DNA from: Eledone cirrhosa
Lineage: Eukaryota
Reading direction: 5' to 3'
Assembly (NCBI GenBank): GCA_964016885.1
Contig: CAXHJY010000184.1
Span: forward strand, 124,001-188,000
Length of the DNA: 64,000 nt
Each line of letters begins with the position of its first letter. Within the stretch, counting starts at the first letter, position 1. The notes beneath the pieces were generated by a model. The model ran no database searches, was not told where the DNA came from, and saw only the letters and a program-made list of their open reading frames with translations. The position numbers and the translations under genes are program-made. This document shows positions 25,549 through 38,900 of this stretch, one piece after another.

Positions 25549-25850
25549 ATGGTTAAAGTGTTTGACAGACGACCATAAGTTCATGGGTTCATATTTGGGA
25601 CCGGGTAGTTATTGAATCAACCTGATATCAATGTTTATTATACAGCTCACTTCCTCTTTGGTATAATATGACACAGTAATATCTAACATAGTACCCATCT
25701 AATCTGTTATAATATGATTTACCTTTCCTCTGTGAAGGCACATGCCTTAGGGGTTACAGTACTGGACTAACCATTATAAAGTCATGGGCTCGTTTCTTCG
25801 ATCCTGCAGCATGTTGCGTCCTTCAGTAAAATACTTTAGTTTGTGTAGCA
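25549..25850 (+). mobile_element. Two highly decayed tRNA-SINE heads (25549-25610, 25735-25850)
   Basis: tggttaaagtg...catgggttcatat and ggcacatgccttaggggtta...gttgcgtccttcagtaaaatacttt resemble the SINE at 18 kb. Confidence 0.45.
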
Positions 25851-26194
25851 TCTTCTACCAGGACTTGCGGCAGACAGATAATATCAGTAATGGAAAAAAC
25901 CTTGTTTCATTAGTATGACTTGGAAATCAGATCCACTCTATTTATCTTCTTTATTAAAGGCAATCAAATTATTTATTTTTTTTATTCTTTTTCTTATTTT
26001 TCCATGTTTGTTAAATAAATTCCAAAAAATCGAACTAAATTGAAATTTTGTAATAAAATTTCCATAAAAGTTAATGTTTACAATACAATAAAATGTAATA
26101 AAATGTATTGAAGTCGACGAAATGTGGACCTTCATTTTTGAAAGATGGATAATGCTATAAGCAGACCTTACAATATTGTACCACAATTTTCCTT

Positions 26195-26408
26195 TGTGCA
26201 AAAGTGGGCAGCCGAATTTAGGAAAGGATAGGGGATTCTTGAAGATGACCCAATGTCTGGACGTCCTACAACTGCCACTACCGAGGAAAACATTGATCTC
26301 AGTACTGCAACACCGATGGAAGAAGTGTGTGGAACGCAAGGGAGACTATGTTGAAAAATAAACCTCATTTGGTCACATTCCATGAGAGTATCTTTGTCAA
26401 CCCTCGTA
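26195..26408 (+). mobile_element. Internally deleted mariner (Tc1/mariner) remnant
   Basis: VQKWAAEFRKG*GILEDDPMSGRPTTATTEENID (N-terminal HTH region) is joined to LQHRWKKCVERKGDYVEK* (C-terminus). It ends ccctcg+TA, like a mariner right TIR. Confidence 0.88.
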
Positions 26409-26443
26409 TCTATGCGCAATATACGTAAAGATACAGAATTGCG

Positions 26444-26847
26444 GGCACTACAACGCTATTAGCTGTCATATTTGTTGGTGAAAAAAATTTGATTATAAAA
26501 CTTAAATTTATGAATGACTTGTTTTCTACATTGATAACCATGACTTGTTTTCTAATTAACTTAAATTTGTTTTCTAATTTGGCCCTTTTAAGGGCCACCT
26601 ATATTTTCCTTTAAGTAACTCCACTTACATCGATATGCTTTATAACCATGACTTGTTTTCTATTTGTTTTCTAATTTGGCCCTTTTATGTCTTCCCTCTC
26701 TCTCTCTCTTCCCTATCTCTCCTCTTCCCTATCTCTCTAAAAAAAACGCGTGAAAACTCCACTTACGCGTGGTAGTAATACGGAAATAAACGATGTTGAC
26801 GAGTGACGTCACCTTCGCTTGTTTTCCACTAATAGCGTTGTAGTGCC
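26444..26847. mobile_element. MITE-like element with perfect 19-bp inverted repeats
   Basis: GGCACTACAACGCTATTAG (26444-26462) and CTAATAGCGTTGTAGTGCC (26829-26847). Non-coding interior with short duplications. No TSD seen. Confidence 0.7.
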
Positions 26848-26924
26848 TATATATGTATGTATATATATGTATATACACACATATATATATATTGGATTTT
26901 AGTCTTCAAATTTATTATTATTAC

Positions 26925-26965
26925 TATATATATGGTGGCTGCCAACTCGTTTTCGAGTACGGCCA
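26925..26965 (-). mobile_element. Isolated RTE-LINE 3' terminus (stem-loop plus short (TA)n tail) next to the satellite
   Basis: 26932-26965 matches 22995-23028 at 28/34 positions, ungapped, and the hairpin is conserved. Confidence 0.75.
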
Positions 26966-26974
26966 CTACTTTAT

Positions 26975-29900
26975 ATCACTACAGGACTATAGTCTTTCCC
27001 AGTCACTACAGGACTATAGTCTTTCCCAGTCACTACAGAACTATAGTCTTTCCCAGTCACTACAGGACTATAGTCTTTCCCAGTCACTACAAGACTATAG
27101 TCTTTCCCAATCACTACAGGACTATAGACTTTCCCAGTCACTACAGGACTATGGTCTTTCCCAGTCACTACAGGACTATAGTCTTTCCCAGTCACTACAA
27201 GACTATAGTCTTTCCCAGTCACTACAGGATTATAGTCTTTCCCAATCACTACAGGACTATAGTCTTTCCCAGTCACTACAGGACTATAGTCTTTCCCAGT
27301 CACTACAGGACTATAGTCTTTCCCAATCACTACAGGACTATAATCTTTCCCAGTCACTACAGGACTATAGTCTTTCCCAGTCACTACAGGACTATAGTCT
27401 TTCCCAATCACTACAGGACTATAGTCTTTCCCAATCACTACAGGACTATAGTCTTTCCCAGTCACTACAGGACTATAGTCTTTCCCAGTCACTACAGCAC
27501 TATAGTCTTTCCCAGTCACTACAGGACTATAGTCTTTCCCAATCACTACAGGACTATAGTCTTTCCCAGTCACTACAGGACTATAGTCTTTCCCAGTCAC
27601 TACAAGACTATAGTCTTTCCCAATCACTACAGGACTATAGTCTTTCCCAATCACTACAGGACTATAGTCTTTCCCAATCACTACAAGACTATAGTCTTTC
27701 CCAGTCACTACAGGACTATAGTCTTTCCCAGTTACTACAGGACTATAGTCTTTCCCAGTCACTACAGGACTATAGTCTTTTCCAGTCACTACAGGACTAT
27801 AGTCTTTCCCAGTCACTACAGGACTATAGACTTTCCCAGTCACTACAGGACTATAGTCTTTCCCAGTCACTACAGGGCTATAGTCTTTCCCAGTCACTAC
27901 AGGACTATAGTCTTTCCCAATCACTACAGGACTATATTCTTTCCCAGTCACTACAGGACTATAGTCTTTCCCAGTCACTACAGGACTATAGTCTTTCCCA
28001 GTCACTACAGGACTATAGTCTTTCCCAGTCACTACAGGACTATAGTCTTTCCCAATCACTACAGGACTATAGTCTTTCCCAGTCACTACAGGACTACATT
28101 CTTTCCCAGTCACTACAGGACTATAGTCTTTCCCAATCACTACAGGACTATAGTCTTTCCCAGTCACTACAGGACTACATTCTTTCCCAGTCACTACAGG
28201 ACTATAGACTTTCCCAGTCACTACAGGACTATAGTCTTTCCCAGTCACTACAGGACTATAGTCTTTCCCAGTCACTACAGGACTATAGTCTTTCCCAATC
28301 ACTACAGGACTATAGTCTTTCCCAGTCACTACAGGACTACATTCTTTCCCAGTCACTACAGGACTATAGTCTTTCCCAATCACCACAGGACTATAGTCTT
28401 TCCCAGTCACTACAGGACTATAGTCTTTCCCAATCACTACAGGACTATAGTCTTTCCCAGTCACTACAAGACTATAGTCTTTCCTAGTCACTACAAGACT
28501 ATAGTCTTGCCCAGGCAGTCACTACAGGACTATAGTCTTTTCCAGTCACTACAGGACTATAGTCTTTCCCAGTCACTACAGGACTATAGTCTTTCCCAGT
28601 CACTACAGGACTATAGTCTTTCCCAGTCACTACAGGACTATAGTCTTTCCCAGTCACTACAGGACTATAGTCTTTCCCAATCACTACAGGACTACATTCT
28701 TTCCCAGTCACTACAGGACTATAGTCTTTCCCAGTCACTACAGGACTATAGTCTTTCCCAGTCACTACAGGACTATAGTCTTTCCCAGTCACTACAGGAC
28801 TATAGTTTTTCCCAGTCACTACAGGACTATAGTCTTTCCCAATCACTACAGGACTATAGTCTTTCCCAATCACTACAGGACTATAGTCTTTCCCAGTCAC
28901 TACAAGACTATAGTCTTTCGCAGTCACTACAGGACTATAGTCTTTCCCAATCACTACAGGACTATAGTCTTTCCCAGTCACTACAGGACTATAGTCTTTC
29001 CCAGTCACTACAGGACTATAGTCTTTCCCAGTCACTACAGGACTATAGTCTTTCCCAGTCACTACAGGACTATAGTCTTTCCCAGTCACTACAGGACTAT
29101 AGTCTTTCCCAGTCACTACAGGACTATAGTCTTTCCCAGTCACTACAGGACTATAGTCTTTCCCAGTCACTACAGGACTATAGTCTTTCCCAATCACTAC
29201 AGGACTACATTCTTTCCCAGTCACTACAGGACTATAGTCTTTCCCAGTCACTACAGGACTATAGTCTTTCCCAGTCACTACAGGACTATAGTCTTTCCCA
29301 GTCACTACAGGACTATAGTTTTTCCCAGTCACTACAGGACTATAGTCTTTCCCAATCACTACAGGACTATAGTCTTTCCCAATCACTACAGGACTATAGT
29401 CTTTCCCAGTCACTACAAGACTATAGTCTTTCTCAGTCACTACAGGACTATAGTCTTTCCCAATCACTACAGGACTATAGTCTTTCCCAGTCACTACAGG
29501 ACTATAGTCTTTCCCAGTCGCTACAGGACTATAGTCTTTCCCAGTCACTACAGGACTATAGTCTTTCCCAGTCACTACAGGACTACTTTCTTTCCCAGTC
29601 ACTACAGGACTATAGTCTTTCCCAATCACTACAGGACTATAGTCTTTCCCAGTCACTACAGGACTATAGTCTTTCCCAGTCACTACAGGACTATAGTCTT
29701 TCCCAATCACTACAGGACTATAGTCTTTCCCAGTCACTACAGGACTACATTCTTTCCCAGTCACTACAGGACTATAGTCTTTCCCAATCACCACAGGACT
29801 ATAGTCTTTCCCAGTCACTACAGGACTATAGTCTTTCCCAATCACTACAGGACTATAGTCTTTCCCAGTCACTACAAGACTATAGTCTTTCCTAGTCACT

Positions 29901-32900
29901 ACAAGACTATAGTCTTGCCCAGTCAGTCACTACAGGACTATAGTCTTTTCCAGTCACTACAGGACTATAGTCTTTCCCAGTCACTAGAGGACTATAGTCT
30001 TTCCCAGTCACTACAGGACTATAGTCTTTCCCAGTCACTACAGGACTATAGTCTTTCCCAGTCACTACAGGACTATAGTCTTTCCCAATCACTACAGGAC
30101 TACATTCTTTCCCAGTCACTACAGGACTATAGTCTTTCCCAGTCACTACAGGACTATAGTCTTTCCCAGTCACTACAGGACTATAGTCTTTCCCAATCAC
30201 TACAGGACTATAGTCTTTCCCAATCACTACAGGATTATAGTCTTTCTCAGTCACTACAAGACTATAGTCTTTCCCAGTCACTACAGGACTATAGTCTTTC
30301 CCAATCACTACAGGACTATAGTCTTTCCCAGTCACTACAGGACTATAGTCTTTCCCAGTCACTACAGGACTATAGTCTTTCCCAGTCACTACAGGACTAT
30401 AGTCTTTCCCAGTCACTACAGGACTACATTCTTTCCCAGTCACTCCAGGACTATAGTCTTTCCCAATCACTACAGGACTATAGTCTTTCCCAGTCACTAC
30501 AGGACTATAGTCTTTCCCAGTCACTACAGGACTACATTCTTTCCCAGTCACTACAGGACTATAGTCTTTCCCAATCACCACAGGACTATAGTCTTTCCCA
30601 GTCACTACAGGACTATAGTCTTTCCCAATCACTACAGGACTATAGTCTTTCCCAGTCACTACAAGACTATAGTCTTTCCTAGTCACTACAAGACTATAGT
30701 CTTGCCCAGTCAGTCACTACAGGACTATAGTCTTTTCCAGTCACTACAGGACTATAGTCTTTCCCAGTCACTACAGGACTATAGTCTTTCCCAGTCACTA
30801 CAGGACTATAGTCTTTCCCAGTCACTACAGGACTATAGTCTTTCCCAGTCACTACAGGACTATAGTCTTTCCCAATCACTACAGGACTACATTCTTTCCC
30901 AGTCACTACAGGACTATAGTCTTTCCCAGTCACTACAGGACTATAGTCTTTCCCAGTCACTACAGGACTATAGTCTTTCCCAGTCACTACAAGACTATAG
31001 TCTTTCCCAGTCACTACAGGATTATAGTCTTTCCCAATCACTACAGGACTATAGTCTTTCCCAGTCACTACAGGACTATAGTCTTTCCCAGTCACTACAG
31101 GACTATAGTCTTTCCCAGTCACTACAGGACTATAGACTTTCCCAATTACTAAAGGACTATAGTCTTTCCCAATCACTACAGGACTATAGTCTTTCCCAGT
31201 CACTACAGGACTATAGTCTTTCCCAGTCACTACAGGACTATAGTCTTTCCCAGTCACTACAGGACTATAGTCTTTCCCAGTCACTACAAGACTATAGTCT
31301 TTCCCAGTCACTACAGGATTATAGTCTTTCCCAATCACTACAGGACTATAGTCTTTCCCAGTCACTACAGGACTATAGTCTTTCCCAGTCACTACAGGAC
31401 TATAGTCTTTCCCAATCACTACAGGACTATAGTCTTTCCCAATCACTACAGGACTATAGTCTTTCCCAGTCACTACAGGACTATAGTCTTTCCCAGTCAC
31501 TACAGCACTATAGTCTTTCCCAGTCACTACAGGACTATAGTCTTTCCCAATCACTACAGGACTATAGTCTTTCCCAGTCACTACAGGACTATAGTCTTTC
31601 CCAGTCACTACAGGACTATAGTCTTTCCCAGTCACTACAGGACTATAGTCTTTCCCAGTCACTACAAGACTATAGTCTTTCCCAATCACTACAGGACTAT
31701 AGTCTTTCCCAATCACTACAGGACTATAGTCTTTCCCAATCACTACAAGACTATAGTCTTTCCCAGTCACTACAGGACTATAGTCTTTCCCAGTTACTAC
31801 AGGACTACATTCATTCCCAGTCACTACAGGACTATAGTCTTTCCCAATCACTACAGGACTATAGTCTTTCCCAGTCACTACAGGACTACATTTTTTCCCA
31901 GTCACTACAGGACTATAGTCTTTCCCAATCACTACAGGACTATAGTCTTTCCCAGTCACTACAGGACTACATTCTTTCCCAGTCACTACAGGACTATAGT
32001 CTTTCCCAGTCACTACAGGACTATAGTCTTTCCCAGTCACTACAGGACTATAGTCTTTCCCAGTCACTGCAGGACTATAGTCTTTCCCAATCACTACAGG
32101 ACTATAGTCTTTCCCAGTCACTACAGGACTACATTCTTTCCCAGTCACTACAGGACTATAGTCTTTCCCAATCACCACAGGACTATAGTCTTTCCCAGTC
32201 ACTACAGGACTATAGTCTTTCCCAATCACCACAGGACTATAGTCGTTCCCAGTCACTACAGTACTATAGTCTTTCCCAATCACTACAGGACTATAGTCTT
32301 TCCCAGTCACTACAGGACTATAGACTTTCCCAATCACTACAAGACTATAGTCTTTCCCAGTCACTACAGGACTATAGTCTTTCCCAGTCACTACAGGACT
32401 ATAGTCTTTCCCAGTCACTACAGAACTATAGTCTTTCCCAGTCACTACAGGACTATAGTCTTTCCCAGTCACTACAGGACTATAGTCTTTCCCAGTCACT
32501 ACAGGACTATAGCCTTTCCCAGTCACTACAGGACTATAGTATTTCCCAGTCACTACAGGACTATAGTCTTTCCCAGACAGGACTATAGTCTTTCCCAGTC
32601 ACTACAGGGCTATAGTCTTTCCCAGTCACTACAGGACTACAGGCTTTCCCAGTCACTACAGGACTATAGTCTTTCCCAGTCACTACAGGACTATAGTCTT
32701 TCCCAGTCACTACAGGACTATAGTCTTTCCCAATCACTACAGGACTATAGTCTTTCCCAATCACTACAGGACTATAGTCTTTCCCAGTCACTGCAGGACT
32801 ATAGTCTTTCCCAATCACTACAGGACTATAGTCTTTCCCAATCACTACAGGACTATAGTCTTTCCCAGTCACTACAAGACTATAGTCTTTCCCAATCACT

Positions 32901-35900
32901 ACAGGACTATAGTCTTTCCCAATCACTACAGGACTATAGTCTTTCCCAGTCACTACAGGACTATAGTCTTTCCCAGTCACTACAGGACTATAGTCTTTCC
33001 CAGTCACTACAGGACTATAGTCTTTCCCAGTCACTACAGGACTACATTCTTTCCCAGTCACTACAGGACTATAGTCTTTCCCAGTCACTAGAGGACTATA
33101 GTCTTTCCCAGTCACTACAGGACTATAGTCTTTCCCAGTCACTACAAGACTATAGTCTTTCCCAGTCACTACAGGACTATAGTCTTTCCCAATCACTAGA
33201 GGACTATAGTCTTTCCCAGTCACTACAGGACTATAGTCTTTCCCAGTCACTACAGGACTATAGTCTTTCCCAGTCACTACAGGACTATAGTATTTCCCAG
33301 TCACTACAGGACTATAGTCTTTCCCAGTCATACAGGACTATAGTCTTTCCCAGTCACTACAGGACTATAGTCTTTCCCAATCACTACAGGACTATAGTCT
33401 TTCCCAGTCACTACAGGACTATAGTCTTTCCCAGTCACTACAGAACTATAGTCTTTCCCAGTCACTACAGGACTATAGTCTTTCCCAATCACTACAGGTC
33501 TATAGACTTTCCCAATCACTACAGGACTATAGACTTTCCCAGTCACTACAGGACTATGGTCTTTCCCAGTCACTACAGGACTATAGTCTTTCCCAGTCAC
33601 TACAAGACTATAGTCTTTCCCAGTCACTACAGGATTATAGTCTTTCCCAATCACTACAGGACTATAGTCTTTCCCAGTCACTACAGGACTATAGTCTTTC
33701 CCAATCACTACAGGACTATAGTCTTTCCCAGTCACTACAGGACTATAGTCTTTCCCAGTCACTACAGAACTATAGTCTTTCCCAGTCACTACAGGACTAT
33801 AGTCTTTCCCAGTCACTACAAGACTATAGTCTTTCCCAATCACTACAGGACTATAGACTTTCCCAGTCACTACAGGACTATGGTCTTTCCCAGTCACTAC
33901 AGGACTATAGTCTTTCCCAGTCACTACAAGACTATAGTCTTTCCCAGTCACTACAGGATTATAGTCTTTCCCAATCACTACAGGACTATAGTCTTTCCCA
34001 GTCACTACAGGACTATAGTCTTTCCCAGTCACTACAGGACTATAGTCTTTCCCAATCACTACAGGACTATAATCTTTCCCAGTCACTACAGGACTATAGT
34101 CTTTCCCAGTCACTACAGGACTATAGTCTTTCCCAATCACTACATGACTATAGTCTTTCCCAATCACTACAGGACTATAGTCTTTCCCAGTCACTACAGG
34201 ACTATAGATTTTCCCAGTCACTACAGCACTATAGTCTTTCCCAGTCACTACAGGACTATAGTCTTTCCCAATCACTACAGGACTATAGTCTTTCCCAGTC
34301 ACTACAGGACTATAGTCTTTCCCAGTCACTACAAGACTATAGTCTTTCCCAATCACTACAGGACTATAGTCTTTCCCAATCACTACAGGACTATAGTCTT
34401 TCCCAATCACTACAAGACTATAGTCTTTCCCAGTCACTACAGGACTATAGTCTTTCCCAGTTACTACAGGACTATAGTCTTTCCCAGTCACTACAGGACT
34501 ATAGTCTTTTCCAGTCACTACAGGACTATAGTCTTTCCCAGTCACTACAGGACTATAGTCTTTCCCAGTCACTACAGGACTATAGTCTTTCCCAGTCACT
34601 ACAGGGCTATAGTCTTTCCCAGTCACTACAGGACTATAGTCTTTCCCAATCACTACAGGACTATATTCTTTCCCAGTCACTACAGGACTATAGTCTTTCC
34701 CAGTCACTACAGGACTATAGTCTTTCCCAGTCACTACAGGACTATAGTCTTTCCCAGTCACTACAGGACTATAGTCTTTCCCAATCACTACAGGACTATA
34801 GTCTTTCCCAGTCACTACAGGACTACATTCTTTCCCAGTCACTACAGGACTATAGTCTTTCCCAATCACTACAGGACTATAGTCTTTCCCAGTCACTACA
34901 GGACTACATTCTTTCCCAGTCACTACAGGACTATAGTCTTTCCCAGTCACTACAGGACTATAGTCTTTCCCAGTCACTACAGGACTATAGTCTTTCCCAG
35001 TCACTACAGGACTATAGTCTTTCCCAATCACTACAGGACTATAGTCTTTCCCAGTCACTACAGGACTACATTCTTTCCCAGTCACTACAGGACTATAGTC
35101 TTTCCCAATCACCACAGGACTATAGTCTTTCCCCGTCACTACAGGACTATAGTCTTTCCCAATCACTACAGGACTATAGTCTTTCCCAGTCACTACAAGA
35201 CTATAGTCTTTCCTAGTCACTACAAGACTATAGTCTTGCCCAGTCAGTCACTACAGGACTATAGTCTTTTCCAGTCACTACAGGACTATAGTCTTTCCAA
35301 GTCACTACAGGACTATAGTCTTTCCCAGTCACTACAGGACTATAGTCTTTCCCAGTCACTACAGGACTATAGTCTTTCCCAGTCACTACAGGACTATAGT
35401 CTTTCCCAATCACTACAGGACTACATTCTTTCCCAGTCACTACAGGACTATAGTCTTTCCCAGTCACTACAGGACTATAGTCTTTCCCAGTCACTACAGG
35501 ACTATAGTCTTTCCCAGTCACTACAGGACTATAGTCTTTCCCAATCACTACAGGACTATAGTCTTTCCCAATCACTACAGGACTATAGTCTTTCCCAGTC
35601 ACTACAGGACTATAGTCTTTCCCAGTCACTACAGGACTATAGTCTTTCCCAGTCACTACAGGACTATAGTCTTTCCCAATCACTACAGGACTATAGTCTT
35701 TCCCAGTCACTACAGGACTATAGTCTTTCCCAGTCACTACAGGACTATAGTCTTTCCCAGTCACTACAGGACTATAGTCTTTCCCAATCACTACAGGACT
35801 ACATTCTTTCCCAGTCACTACAGGACTATAGTCTTTCCCAGTCACTACAGGACTATAGTCTTTCCCAATCACTACAGGACTACATTCTTTCCCAGTCACT

Positions 35901-38900
35901 ACAGGACTATAGTCTTTCCCAGTCACTACAGGACTATAGTCTTTCCCAGTCACTACAGGACTATAGTCTTTCCCAGTCACTACATGACTATAGTCTTTCC
36001 CAGTCACTACAGGACTATAGTCTTTCCCAGTCACTACAGGACTATAGTCTTTCCCAATCACTACAGGACTATATTCTTTCCCAGTCACTACAGGACTACA
36101 TTCTTTCCCAGTCACTACAGGACTATAGTCTTTCCCAATCACTACAGGACTATAGTCTTTCCCAGTCACTACAGGACTACATTCTTTCCCAGTCACTACA
36201 GGACTATAGTCTTTCCCAGTCACTACAGGACTATAGTCTTTCCCAGTCACTACAGGACTATAGTCTTTCCCAGTCACTACAGGACTATAGTCTTTCCCAA
36301 TCACTACAGGACTATAGTCTTTCCCAGTCACTACAGGACTACATTCTTTCCCAGTCACTACAGGACTATAGTCTTTTCCAGTCACTACAGGACTATAGTC
36401 TTTCCAAGTCACTACAGGACTATAGTCTTTCCCAGTCACTACAGGACTATAGTCTTTCCCAGTCACTACAGGACTATAGTCTTTCCCAGTCACTACAGGA
36501 CTATAGTCTTTCCCAATCACTACAGGACTACATTCTTTCCCAGTCACTACAGGACTATAGTCTTTCCCAGTCACTACAGGACTATAGTCTTTCCCAGTCA
36601 CTACAGGACTATAGTCTTTCCCAGTCACTACAGGACTATAGTCTTTCCCAATCACTACAGGACTATAGTCTTTCCCAATCACTACAGGACTATAGTCTTT
36701 CCCAGTCACTACAAGACTATAGTCTTTCCCAGTCACTACAGGACTATAGTCTTTCCCAATCACTACAGGACTATAGTCTTTCCCAGTCACTACAGGACTA
36801 TAGTCTTTCCCAGTCACTACAGGACTATAGTCTTTCCCAGTCACTACAGGACTATAGACTTTCCCAGTCACTACAGGACTATAGTCTTTCCCAGTCACTA
36901 CAGGACTATAGTCTTTCCCAGTCACTACAGGACTATAGTCTTTCCCAGTCACTACAGGACTATAGTCTTTCCCAGTCACTACAGGACTATAGTCTTTCCC
37001 AGTCACTACAGGACTATAGTCTTTCCCAATCACTACAGGACTACATTCTTTCCCAGTCACTACAGGACTATAGTCTTTCCCAGTCACTACAGGACTATAG
37101 TCTTTCCCAGTCACTACAGGACTATAGTCTTTCCCAGTCACTACAGGACTATAGTTTTTCCCAGTCACTACAGGACTATAGTCTTTCCCAATCACTACAG
37201 GACTATAGTCTTTCCCAATCACTACAGGACTATAGTCTTTCCCAGTCACTACAAGACTATAGTCTTTCCCAGTCACTACAGAACTATAGTCTTTCCCAGT
37301 CACTACAGGACTATAGTCTTTCCCAGTCACTACAGGACTATAGTCTTTCCCAGTCACTACAGAACTATAGTCTTTCCCAGTCACTACAGGACTATAGTCT
37401 TTCCCAGTCACTACAGGACTATAGTCTTTCCCAGTCACTACAGGACTATAGTCTTTCCCAGTCACTACAGGACTATAGTATTTCCCAGTCACTACAGGAC
37501 TATAGTCTTTCCCAGACAGGACTATAGTCTTTCCCAGTCACTACAGGGCTATAGTCTTTCCCAGTCACTACAGGACTACAGGCTTTCCCAGTCACTACAG
37601 GACTATAGTCTTTCCCAGTCACTACAGGACTATAGTCTTTCCCAGTCACTACAGGACTATAGTCTTTCCCAATCACTACAGGACTATAGTCTTTCCCAAT
37701 CACTACAGGACTATAGTCTTTCCCAGTCACTGCAGGACTATAGTCTTTCCCAATCACTACAGGACTATAGTCTTTCCCAATCACTACAGGACTATAGTCT
37801 TTCCCAGTCACTACAAGACTATAGTCTTTCCCAATCACTACAGGACTATAGTCTTTCCCAATCACTACAGGACTATAGTCTTTCCCAGTCACTACAGGAC
37901 TATAGTCTTTCCCAGTCACTACAGGACTATAGTCTTTCCCAGTCACTACAGGACTATAGTCTTTCCCAGTCACTACAGGACTACATTCTTTCCCAGTCAC
38001 TACAGGACTATAGTCTTTCCCAGTCACTAGAGGACTATAGTCTTTCCCAGTCACTACAGGACTATAGTCTTTCCCAGTCACTACAAGACTATAGTCTTTC
38101 CCAGTCACTACAGGACTATAGTCTTTCCCAATCACTAGAGGACTATAGTCTTTCCCAGTCACTACAGGACTATAGTCTTTCCCAGTCACTACAGGACTAT
38201 AGTCTTTCCCAGTCACTACAGGACTATAGTATTTCCCAGTCACTACAGGACTATAGTCTTTCCCAGTCACTACAGGACTATAGTCTTTCCCAGTCACTAC
38301 AGGACTATAGTCTTTCCCAATCACTACAGGACTATAGTCTTTCCCAGTCACTACAGGACTATAGTCTTTCCCAGTCACTACAGAACTATAGTCTTTCCCA
38401 GTCACTACAGGACTATAGTCTTTCCCAATCACTACAGGTCTATAGACTTTCCCAATCACTACAGGACTATAGACTTTCCCAGTCACTACAGGACTATGGT
38501 CTTTCCCAGTCACTACAGGACTATAGTCTTTCCCAGTCACTACAAGACTATAGTCTTTCCCAGTCACTACAGGATTATAGTCTTTCCCAATCACTACAGG
38601 ACTATAGTCTTTCCCAGTCACTACAGGACTATAGTCTTTCCCAATCACTACAGGACTATAGTCTTTCCCAGTCACTACAGGACTATAGTCTTTCCCAGTC
38701 ACTACAGAACTATAGTCTTTCCCAGTCACTACAGGACTATAGTCTTTCCCAGTCACTACAAGACTATAGTCTTTCCCAATCACTACAGGACTATAGACTT
38801 TCCCAGTCACTACAGGACTATGGTCTTTCCCAGTCACTACAGGACTATAGTCTTTCCCAGTCACTACAAGACTATAGTCTTTCCCAGTCACTACAGGATT

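Noticed and set aside
33325-33335. Unique 1-bp deletion (ccagtcatacagg) as a structural landmark
   Set aside because: It is absent from the duplicate block near 38.27 kb; a single event or a consensus error.
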